This document shows positions 1-6,657 of a stretch of DNA of 10,770 bases, piece by piece; position 1 is the first letter of the stretch; each line of letters starts with the position of its first letter. The notes beneath the pieces are model-generated. The model was given only the letters and a program-made list of their open reading frames with translations, had not been told where the DNA came from and searched no databases. The position numbers and the translations under genes are program-made. The stretch lies in IMG/VR virus record IMGVR_UViG_3300009537_002073, one strand, 5' to 3'. The DNA comes from a virus.

Positions 1-23
1 CTATTTTCTTATACCAAAAAACA

Positions 24-106
24 GGAACCTGCCGTCCATTGGGGACAAAATAGTCTTGAAAACTATGGGGCGTTAGCGCGTCGGAGTTCGACTCTTCCAG
101 GTTCCT
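24..106 (+). tRNA. Putative class-II tRNA-Ser(TGA)-like element, or a degenerate tRNA / att-site remnant. Several features are non-canonical.
   Basis: The acceptor stem is 7 bp: 24-30 GGAACCT pairs with 99-105 AGGTTCC. The anticodon stem is 50-54 ATAGT / 62-66 ACTAT, with the 7-nt loop CTTGAAA (U33, anticodon TGA, A37), identical to the E. coli tRNA-Ser(UGA) loop. The T-loop TTCGACT at 87-93 is flanked by a 4-bp stem (83-86/94-97). A 15-nt GC-rich variable arm at 67-81 contains a 3-bp stem (GCG/CGC). Weaknesses: there is no U8 (GC at 31-32), the D-arm is short (GTC 34-36 / GAC 44-46, loop cattggg), 3 nt rather than 1 separate the D and anticodon stems, position 82/98 is a C-C mismatch, and no CCA is encoded. 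Confidence 0.35.
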
Positions 107-117
107 CTTCTGATATC

Positions 118-151
118 AAAAAGAAACGGGGCTGTGTAACGGCCCACGTTT
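118..151 (-). terminator. Rho-independent terminator following the minus-strand small genes
   Basis: A stem of 9 bp with one bulge: 124-132 (AAACG + GGGC) pairs with 142-151 (GCCC + CGTTT), with a 9-nt loop. On the minus strand it is followed directly by CTTTTTG (complement of 118-123). Confidence 0.55.
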
Positions 152-196
152 CCCCCCCTCCCCGGCTCAGTCCCTTATCTGGGGGAGGAGGGGGGG
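152..196 (-). other. Very stable G/C homopolymer hairpin (C7TCCCC ... GGGGGAGGAG7) between the stop codon at 232 and the terminator
   Basis: 152-163 (CCCCCCCTCCCC) pairs with 184-196 (GGGAGGAGGGGGGG) with one bulged A and a 20-nt loop. It contains a C7 and a G7 homopolymer run. Confidence 0.4.
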
Positions 197-231
197 CTAC
201 TACGCGGGTTGCATATTCTTATATCAAGTCT

Positions 232-495
232 CTAGCCTTTTTTCTTAAACCCCCTTCCCCATTTCTTAATTCTAACTATTATCCTATTCACTGAATCTAC
301 TACAAAATCTCCTGGTCGATATTTTTCAACCAAGGTAGTTACTCCCTGTAATACAGCTGCAGATAATAAACCTTTGACCGTTGGGGCCGTTAAGCTAAGC
401 AATTGAGTTAACACTTCGTTTCCTTTTTTCAGTTCATCCTCCTGTACTTGTTTCTGTTTGTTGCTGGGTTTCGTCTGTTTTACCGCTGTTTCCAT
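232..495 (-). CDS. Hypothetical small basic protein (87 aa, Lys/Arg-rich C-terminus)
   Basis: ATG start at 495. GGAGG lies 3 nt upstream (short spacing). The ORF is co-oriented with its neighbours and overlaps the 3' end of ORF 434..715 by 62 nt in another frame. Confidence 0.45.
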   Translation of the reverse strand: METAVKQTKPSNKQKQVQEDELKKGNEVLTQLLSLTAPTVKGLLSAAVLQGVTTLVEKYRPGDFVVDSVNRIIVRIKKWGRGFKKKG

Positions 496-715
496 CTTCC
501 TCCGGTGTAGAATACACTACAATGTCTGACCACCCTCTATCATCTTGATAGTCATCTACTAAATACCAAACTTCTTCCCTTATATCGTAATAAGCAAACT
601 CATTTCCATCGTCTACACGCAACGTATTATACGTTAATTCTGCGTACTCAAAGGGACCAAATTCCTCACTTTCTCGTTCCTCAACATAACTATATAATTT
701 AATCTTTACGCTCAA
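434..715 (-). CDS. Hypothetical small acidic protein (93 aa, Glu/Asp/Tyr-rich) using a TTG start
   Basis: The only in-frame start is TTG at 715 (complement of 713-715 is caa). An AGGA motif sits about 10 nt upstream. There is no internal Met. The charge is strongly acidic, complementing the basic downstream ORF. Confidence 0.35.
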   Translation of the reverse strand: MSVKIKLYSYVEERESEEFGPFEYAELTYNTLRVDDGNEFAYYDIREEVWYLVDDYQDDRGWSDIVVYSTPEEDGNSGKTDETQQQTETSTGG

Positions 716-732
716 TACATAGGTTCCTTTCT

Positions 733-818
733 GGAGGATATTGCAATATGGCCTATTGCCATTGCCTGCTAAACAAATGAGGGATTAACACCCCTGCCGT
801 TCGATCCGGCTATCCTCC
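733..818 (-). promoter_or_regulatory. Intergenic control region between the metallophosphoesterase gene and the small ORFs
   Basis: It contains a perfect 12-bp palindrome ATATTGCAATAT at 738-749, an 8-bp inverted repeat GGAGGATA (733-740) / TATCCTCC (811-818), and a tandem hexamer ATTGCC ATTGCC at 755-766. On the minus strand, a weak stem AGGGG-tgttaa-TCCCT (complement of 779-795) followed by CATTTGTTT may terminate the upstream gene. Confidence 0.3.
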
Positions 819-823
819 TCCAT

Positions 824-1549
824 TTAAATGATGAAATTAAAATTCTCTATGAACCGTGGATTTGGGTCATATCCACCAAAGGCATTGCAATAAACTCTAG
901 TATTAAGAATTTCATAGTTTGAACTACTATGAGTATGGCCATGCACCCAAACATCAGGTTTTCTTTCCATGATCCACGAAGACATCTCATGGAGAAAATA
1001 ACAATTTAGACGGCTTGCTTTGTATTCAGCAGGTACACTTCTTATACACGGAAGATGGTGTGAAATCACAACATCCCCTTCTTTAAAATCCTCCAGCATT
1101 TCAAGAAATAATCTATGACGATTAAAAACTTCAGGAAGAAATTCCTTAATTAGTGAAAAATCGTTCATATATCGTTGAAACATAAACACATTAGGATCCT
1201 TATCCCCAAACCACATTGTTCCGCCGAAAAAACGTTTACCCTCTATAGTGGTAATAGAATTATCTAATACTGTTAGATTTGAAATCTTATCTTGAAGTGT
1301 TTTAAGTACGAAATCACCTTTGGTAAACGAGGTACCATAATACTCATGGTTGCCTGGAACATATACAACTATAGGGAATAGCTCGCAAAGACGTACCAAG
1401 CTTTCGTGTTGTTCAGTACTCCCCAAATTTATTACGTCACCCGCTAAAATCAATAAGTCAACTCCTGAAGGATCTAGAGAAGAAATAAATGAATCGCCTT
1501 TGTCCTTATGGAATTCAAAATGAATGTCTGAATGTAACTGAACACGCAT
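824..1549 (-). CDS. Calcineurin-like metallophosphoesterase (Ser/Thr phosphatase / phosphodiesterase family)
   Basis: The 241-aa product carries the canonical metallophosphoesterase motifs in order: D-x-H (SDIHFE), GDxx (LILAGDVIN), GNHE (VPGNHEYY) and GHxH (VHGHTHSS). The RBS is AAGGAGAT, 6 nt upstream of ATG 1549. Confidence 0.85.
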   Translation of the reverse strand: MRVQLHSDIHFEFHKDKGDSFISSLDPSGVDLLILAGDVINLGSTEQHESLVRLCELFPIVVYVPGNHEYYGTSFTKGDFVLKTLQDKISNLTVLDNSITTIEGKRFFGGTMWFGDKDPNVFMFQRYMNDFSLIKEFLPEVFNRHRLFLEMLEDFKEGDVVISHHLPCIRSVPAEYKASRLNCYFLHEMSSWIMERKPDVWVHGHTHSSSNYEILNTRVYCNAFGGYDPNPRFIENFNFII

Positions 1550-1640
1550 ATTGCTATCTCCTTTTCACCTAAAAAATTAGAATGGCTAAAAGTTAATAAC
1601 TACGTAAGGTAGTTATGTTCTTATACCCAATTTATATTGA
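1550..1640 (-). promoter_or_regulatory. AT-rich upstream region of the metallophosphoesterase gene, with an inverted repeat
   Basis: ATAACTAC-gtaag-GTAGTTAT (8-bp arms, about 1598-1618) lies between the upstream hairpin-plus-T-run and the RBS. TATAAT-like hexamers occur on the minus strand (TATAAG, TATAAAT). Confidence 0.3.
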
Positions 1641-1654
1641 AATTTTTAATGACC

Positions 1655-1686
1655 AAAAGAAGAAAGACATTTCTGTCTTCTTCTTC
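1655..1686 (-). terminator. Candidate terminator hairpin (12 bp with one bulge, loop TTTC) followed on the minus strand by a short T-tract
   Basis: GAAGAAAGACA-tttc-TGTCTTCTTCTTC. On the minus strand the 3' arm runs into CTTCTTTTGGTCATT. Confidence 0.4.
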
Positions 1687-1695
1687 TCTGGGAGG

Positions 1696-1786
1696 TCCTC
1701 TCCTACCGCATGAACGGCTCCAGGAGAGGAGGCACGAACCAGAAAACCGCCACTAACACTGCTATTTCTAGCAGTATTACGGCGGT
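1696..1786 (-). other. Two further stem-loops in the 3' UTR of the 139-aa gene
   Basis: A 9-bp stem 1696-1704 TCCTCTCCT / 1722-1730 AGGAGAGGA with a 17-nt loop. A nested structure: outer 1746-1751 ACCGCC / 1781-1786 GGCGGT, inner 1758-1764 ACTGCTA-tttc-TAGCAGT 1769-1775. Confidence 0.4.
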
Positions 1787-1836
1787 GATTATTAACGCGT
1801 CTTCCTTTACCGGTGACATTCGCCTTCCTTTCCTTT

Positions 1837-2256
1837 CTAAACCGAGAAGTACCCCCCCAACTCAATAATCTCGTCAAACTTACAGTCTTGCATTTGGGCA
1901 CGTACCTCTTGGGCGGGGAACCCCAACCCCGACAGGATATCTACGATCCTGCCGTCGGTAGGGCGGTGTGCCCTGCCCTTACTAATGTACCTGCAGTACC
2001 CTTTTTGTACTGCGATCAATTTCAAGCCACTACCTACCGGCAGGTAGGTAGTAATATAGTCGAGACGCTCGCTCACAAAGGCAGGCATCTCCCTATTGTT
2101 AGTCTTAGAATACCCCGGGACTTTCTCAGTCCCGATGAACAGCCCTTCCTCCTTGAGGGCTACAACTACTAAATCCAGCGTTTTGATCGTGAAGGTAAAC
2201 CACTGTGTTACCTTCACTTCCAGGGTCAAAGAACCTTTCTCTATGGAAAATTCCAT
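1837..2256 (-). CDS. Hypothetical protein of 139 aa. The start is revised to ATG 2256; the track's longer 153-aa version begins at TTG 2298.
   Basis: GAGGAGG sits 8 nt upstream of ATG 2256 (minus-strand context aaatGAGGAGGaaatatctATG). The stop is TAG at 1837-1839. The gene is co-oriented with the operon. The antisense plus-strand ORF 1813..2172 was rejected. Confidence 0.6.
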   Translation of the reverse strand: MEFSIEKGSLTLEVKVTQWFTFTIKTLDLVVVALKEEGLFIGTEKVPGYSKTNNREMPAFVSERLDYITTYLPVGSGLKLIAVQKGYCRYISKGRAHRPTDGRIVDILSGLGFPAQEVRAQMQDCKFDEIIELGGYFSV

Positions 2257-2302
2257 AGATATTTCCTCCTCATTTGAGGTTACCTTTCCTTTTACCAAAA
2301 AT

Positions 2303-2599
2303 TTAAAGTACGGCGGGAACTACATCGAAATGAAATATTTTTGAAGTGGTTACTACAGCACCTGTGGATATCACTTGATAACTCCAAGTGCCCGGCGTAT
2401 TAAGAGTTAAATCATAATAAAATACCCCAAGTCCGTCTCTGGTTATAACTCCGGGGTATACATAAGATATTGTGGCTGCATCTTTGCCGGGGCGCACCTT
2501 AATGGTTACTGTAGTAGGGTCCACTAAATTGGAATTTATATCCTTAAAGGTAGCTTTTATCCTACGAAGGTTACCTTGTATAATTTGTTCGTTGGCCAT
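2303..2599 (-). CDS. Hypothetical 98-aa beta-rich protein, translationally coupled to the giant repeat protein
   Basis: ATG 2599 overlaps the TAA stop of the upstream gene (TAATG at 2597-2601). The stop is TAA at 2303-2305. Confidence 0.7.
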   Translation of the reverse strand: MANEQIIQGNLRRIKATFKDINSNLVDPTTVTIKVRPGKDAATISYVYPGVITRDGLGVFYYDLTLNTPGTWSYQVISTGAVVTTSKIFHFDVVPAVL

Positions 2600-5500
2600 T
2601 AAGGACTTTTTGCCTCTACACTAACGGTGTATAACAGATCCTTGTCAATTTTAGAAAAATGCGCCTCCAAAAGCTCAATTGCTGCTTGATATAGAGCAGA
2701 AACTTCTATTACTAAAGAACTAAAATCCGAAGTAAAATAAACTATTATACTATCAGTTACGGCTACATTTTCATTTAAAACAACTCTAAATAGTTTCTGG
2801 ATTACCGTAGTTGCAAGATCTGTGACCACAACAGAATCGTTGATCGCCCTACCTGCATCTAAATGCCGTTGTACACTATCAGAGAGTGATATATTATCAT
2901 CAGCGGTCACAAAAATAGCTGTCTCAATTACTTCACTAAAAATTGACTCTATAGAAACAATCGAATCCGCTGCGCCTCTACTAAAATCAACTGTGGTGGC
3001 TAATAGATCTGTTAAGGCCGCGGTATCCCCTACCACCACATTAATAGCCCCGGTTACAAGTTCTCCATCCGCATTGTCTGTAACCGATATACTATCAATT
3101 ATGGTCCTAGTATAATCTAGAACTATAGATACTAAATCCGTTAAAGAAATACTATCGGACAATACACGTAAATAATCTACACTAAAAGAAGAAGTATCTA
3201 CTACAGATACTGCATCTACTATAGATCTTAAATATTCAAAATTAATTAAAACAGAATCAGTGGTAGTTATACTGTCATGTCGTGAAACGCCAAATTCCCA
3301 ATATGTAGCGTCAGCAACTACCGCCGTATCCGCTATTTCTTTTAGCAGTTCTGTCGAAGTTTTGGTTGTATCTGCAACGCTAATACTGTCATTTATACCG
3401 GGGTCAAATTCCCAACTACTTAAGTCTGTGATAGAAATCGTATCCGCTAAAACTTTAAGGAAATCTAATCCAGCCCCAGTAACATCACTAACCTCTATAG
3501 AGTCATTTATTCCTGGATCAAACTCCCAAGAAGCGGAATCTGATACTTCCGCTAGGTCCGACAAATTACGTAAATAATCTAATAAATACTGTATAGTGTC
3601 TACCGTGGATATGGTATCGGATATACCAGGGTCAAACTCCCACGACACCGTATCAATTAACGATGCTATATCACTTACATCACGTAAATAATCTACACTA
3701 GAACTAGCTAAATCTACAAGGGCGGCACTATCACTTATACTGGGATTAAACTCCCAACTAGCTAAATCGGTTACGGAGACGGTATCTGATAGTACTTTAA
3801 GGAATTCTAACCCCGCTCCCGTAAAATCAGTCAATTCCACGCTATCGGCGATAGCTCTTAAATACTCTGAATATATAGAAGTATCGTCTGTTACAGATGT
3901 AACATCTGCTAAACTCCTAGAGAAAAATATATCTAAAGTAGCGGCATCAGCGACTGCAATAGAGTCAGACGGTCCTGGGTCGAATTCCCAACTCGTTGCA
4001 TCGACCACACTTACACTATCGTTTGTAAGTCTCAGGTACTCAAAAACAAGCGTAGTAGTATCTGTTACTGCTACTATATCAGATATTCCTGGGTCAAATT
4101 CCCATGAAGCAGTATCCGATACTGAAGAGGTGTCAATTATTTCTCGTAGATAGTCGAACCCTACATTCGCTGTGTCAGTAACCTCTATAGAATCTGTAAT
4201 ACCAGGGTCAAATTCCCAAGAAGCCGCATCTGCTAAAATGACGCTATCCGCTAATGTCTTCAGATAATCGAGGGCATTAACCGCCGTATCTGTAACAGAT
4301 ACAACGTCATTTACTCCTGGATCAAATTCCCAGGATGCTGTATCCACCAACGAAACTGAATCATTTAAGCTACGTAAGTAGTCAAACGAAATTAAGGCTA
4401 AATCCACTAAGCTAATAGTGTCCGAAGGCCCAGGGTCGAATGTCCAGCTTATTGCATCAGTAACAGAGGCGGTATCGTTCACCACCCGCAAGAGTTCTGA
4501 CACTTCCAACGCGGCATCTAAATTGTCAGAAACTACTAATGTATCGTCCGGACTAGGATCAAATGTCCAACTAGTGGCATCGCTCAAACTAATAGAGTCG
4601 CTTAAAGCTCTTAAATACTCTAAGATTGGCGTATTGCTATCAGCAATAGACACCACATCTTTTGGGCTCGGATCGAACGTCCAAGACGTTACCTCGGCTA
4701 AAGATGCTGTATCAGTTATCGGTCGAACATAATTAGTATTAAAAATATTGCTCTCTGTTAAGACTGCAGAGTCTTGTAAATTTCTCCCAAAGAAGGTAGT
4801 TCTTGCTAGAGTATCAGAAACACTAGCAGTATCTTGTATCTCCTTATTAGACTGCGTTCCTCGCGCTATAGTATCTGTAACCGCTACGGTATCGGCCGGT
4901 TTCCGTAGAAACGAGGTTGTTCGGTTTATTGTGTCTGTAAGTGCAACAGTATCATTTACTGTTCTAGTTATGGCAGGAGCGGTCCACGGCCCGCGTAAAT
5001 AATCATCTGATAAATTGACTCTTAATGTACATGTTTGAGTACCGTGTGAAGCAGGTCGTCCAATCGCGCATAAGATCTCATACCTATCCCCTGCATCCCC
5101 TGCAGTCCAAGAAACACTGCCGGTGCTCGCGGCTTTAAGCCCCGTTCCTGAGAAAGCTGTTTGTGTTTGTGCTTTAGTTTCTAAATCTGCTGTAACCCCT
5201 GAATTAACCCGCGCAAAGTGCCCAACAGCTGTCCCAATTGTGCGCATTCCGTATGTTATATCTGCTCCAACTGCAGTACAATCCAATTGAGCTTCATAGT
5301 TTCCTGTTGGCCATGCTGCAGAATTTGGATTATTTGCTTGGGTTGTGAACATAGCAAATAATCTACTCTCCCCTCCAGTGATATTTGTAGAGGTTACAGT
5401 CCCAGCCGTACTAGTAGTTGTTAACGCTACCATAATATTTGAAGCGCCCGTATGCACCGTACTCGTTCCAGTGGTGTCACTCTGATAGTAAGTTATGGTC

Positions 5501-6105
5501 CCTTCAGGTACTTTAAACCTACCTTGACTTTTCTGGTCTTTAACGAGGCCAAATTGATCTAATTCAATTGGATTTAAGCCTTCAGTCCATCCTCTCCAAC
5601 CGTGCGCGGATCGCCTACTATCATGCACAGCATTCAATTCATTTGGCACCCAAATTCCATGTCTTGTAGCGCGGATTGGGGGCTTTATAAAAGCATCCCA
5701 TGGTTGAACATTCTCAGCCTTCATGAAGCGCATACGCGCAGCAACATCTTTTTGTGCATAAATCTGCTGTTCCTGCCATGTATTTATAGCTTGTCCTAAT
5801 CTTGGGTCAGGTGATAAAGGTATAAATGTCCACACCCTAGCATATTTCTCACCCTCTGGATAATCATCAGGGTCATCATTCCATATCGTGACTCTACATT
5901 CACCTCCTGGAAGGTGTTCAACAGCATAATGATCCGCCGTAAACTCAACGCCTTGAATGTTGAGTCGATGAATCCAACTAGATGTATCTGTTATTATTTC
6001 GTTGCCAGTGGGTTCTGGAAACGTAGGAAGATTAACCCAATCGCGGCTGTCAACTTCTTGCCAGTCAATCGGGTTTAATCTACTAAATTGTGTGAGGAGT
6101 TTCAC
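2599..6105 (-). CDS. Giant (1168 aa) Ser/Thr/Asp/Val-rich tandem-repeat protein, a putative fibre/adhesin-like structural protein. It has an N-terminal non-repeat domain of ~370 aa and no signal peptide.
   Basis: GTG start at 6105 with GGAG 8 nt upstream (cgtGGAGttaaacgGTG). Residues ~474-972 form ~13 units of 38 aa, consensus SWEFDPGxxDxxxVxDxx + xxxxDYLRxLxDSxSVxDxA. Flanking degenerate 19-20-aa units (xxxDTxxVTD) span ~375-1120. Confidence 0.9.
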   Translation of the reverse strand: MKLLTQFSRLNPIDWQEVDSRDWVNLPTFPEPTGNEIITDTSSWIHRLNIQGVEFTADHYAVEHLPGGECRVTIWNDDPDDYPEGEKYARVWTFIPLSPDPRLGQAINTWQEQQIYAQKDVAARMRFMKAENVQPWDAFIKPPIRATRHGIWVPNELNAVHDSRRSAHGWRGWTEGLNPIELDQFGLVKDQKSQGRFKVPEGTITYYQSDTTGTSTVHTGASNIMVALTTTSTAGTVTSTNITGGESRLFAMFTTQANNPNSAAWPTGNYEAQLDCTAVGADITYGMRTIGTAVGHFARVNSGVTADLETKAQTQTAFSGTGLKAASTGSVSWTAGDAGDRYEILCAIGRPASHGTQTCTLRVNLSDDYLRGPWTAPAITRTVNDTVALTDTINRTTSFLRKPADTVAVTDTIARGTQSNKEIQDTASVSDTLARTTFFGRNLQDSAVLTESNIFNTNYVRPITDTASLAEVTSWTFDPSPKDVVSIADSNTPILEYLRALSDSISLSDATSWTFDPSPDDTLVVSDNLDAALEVSELLRVVNDTASVTDAISWTFDPGPSDTISLVDLALISFDYLRSLNDSVSLVDTASWEFDPGVNDVVSVTDTAVNALDYLKTLADSVILADAASWEFDPGITDSIEVTDTANVGFDYLREIIDTSSVSDTASWEFDPGISDIVAVTDTTTLVFEYLRLTNDSVSVVDATSWEFDPGPSDSIAVADAATLDIFFSRSLADVTSVTDDTSIYSEYLRAIADSVELTDFTGAGLEFLKVLSDTVSVTDLASWEFNPSISDSAALVDLASSSVDYLRDVSDIASLIDTVSWEFDPGISDTISTVDTIQYLLDYLRNLSDLAEVSDSASWEFDPGINDSIEVSDVTGAGLDFLKVLADTISITDLSSWEFDPGINDSISVADTTKTSTELLKEIADTAVVADATYWEFGVSRHDSITTTDSVLINFEYLRSIVDAVSVVDTSSFSVDYLRVLSDSISLTDLVSIVLDYTRTIIDSISVTDNADGELVTGAINVVVGDTAALTDLLATTVDFSRGAADSIVSIESIFSEVIETAIFVTADDNISLSDSVQRHLDAGRAINDSVVVTDLATTVIQKLFRVVLNENVAVTDSIIVYFTSDFSSLVIEVSALYQAAIELLEAHFSKIDKDLLYTVSVEAKSP
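3190..4686 (-). repeat. In-frame tandem DNA repeat of 114-bp period (~13 copies) encoding the 38-aa SWEFDPG...DYLR units
   Basis: The Trp codon of SWEFDPG recurs on the plus strand as cca at 3298, 3412, 3526, 3640, 3754, 3988, 4102, 4216, 4330, 4444, 4567 and 4681. Spacings are exactly 114 nt except where units are 40-41 aa. The motif GGRTCRAAYTCCCA recurs at each copy. Confidence 0.9.
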
Positions 6106-6129
6106 CGTTTAACTCCACGGTGAAAAATG

Positions 6130-6639
6130 TTACGGTGTAGAGCAATCTGCGGGGGTAAGTAATCTAGCGGCAGCAACTTTTGCATTGTAGTCAGTCGCAC
6201 TGTAATCATAAGTTAACAACACAAGTTTAGAGGCTGCAATTTGTAAATCAAATAACTTAGTAAGAAGGGAACGATTTATTTCTTGTCCAAAACTTTCAGC
6301 ATCAAACCCAGACTCTTTTTGAACCCCTGGAGTCTCGTCCCTGCGTCCAACCAAAAGACCCACAGGAGTACCTCTTAAATAAAGTAAATCATTGCCGCTA
6401 AATTCAATAACATTAGCGGGGCTACTAGGATTCGGGCTTTGATGATGGAACACTTTTACAATAAGATATTGTAAATGATTAGATAATTTTTCTACATCTT
6501 TCCATAAAACTATCTGACATGTGTTATCACTGTATACAACCATAACCTGGTTTAAAGGATCGTTAGGTACCGCGTATGCCTCACTTGGAAGGGCTAAAAA
6601 AACAGAAAGTAAAAATAAAATAGAACCAATGTATTTCAC
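6130..6639 (-). CDS. Secreted hypothetical protein (169 aa) with a Sec-type signal peptide
   Basis: The N-terminus MKYIGSILFLLSVFLALPSEAYA has a positive n-region, a hydrophobic core and an AYA-V cleavage motif. GGAGA sits 8 nt upstream of ATG 6639. The stop TAA is 24 nt upstream of the giant gene's start. Confidence 0.8.
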   Translation of the reverse strand: MKYIGSILFLLSVFLALPSEAYAVPNDPLNQVMVVYSDNTCQIVLWKDVEKLSNHLQYLIVKVFHHQSPNPSSPANVIEFSGNDLLYLRGTPVGLLVGRRDETPGVQKESGFDAESFGQEINRSLLTKLFDLQIAASKLVLLTYDYSATDYNAKVAAARLLTPADCSTP

Positions 6640-6657
6640 GTTTAATCTCCTATAAAA

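Noticed and set aside
1632-1901. Minus-strand 89-aa Arg-rich ORF with a GTG start
   Set aside because: It spans the three GC-rich hairpins (Arg/Gly/Ser codons come from the stem sequences). It also overlaps the 3' end of the 139-aa gene in another frame. Most likely non-coding.
1813-2172. Plus-strand 119-aa ORF overlapping the 139-aa minus-strand gene
   Set aside because: The minus-strand frame has a strong GAGGAGG-ATG start, and every supported gene in the window is on the minus strand. The plus-strand ORF has no RBS.
3190-4686. Possibility that the 114-bp periodic array is a CRISPR or other non-coding repeat array
   Set aside because: The period is an exact multiple of 3 within one long ORF. 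The variable parts between conserved cores are not spacer-like: they retain the same amino-acid periodicity. There is no leader and no cas genes.
2822-5002. Plus-strand ORFs 2822..3115, 3260..3577, 4418..4732 and 4748..5002 (Ser/Thr/Ala/Val-rich products)
   Set aside because: They are antisense to the giant repeat gene. Reverse complements of Asp/Ser/Thr/Val codon repeats are naturally stop-poor and yield low-complexity pseudo-proteins. There are no RBSs and the ORFs are not co-oriented.
5602-5799. Plus-strand 65-aa ORF inside the N-terminal domain region of the giant gene
   Set aside because: It is short, antisense, hydrophobic junk composition, with no RBS.
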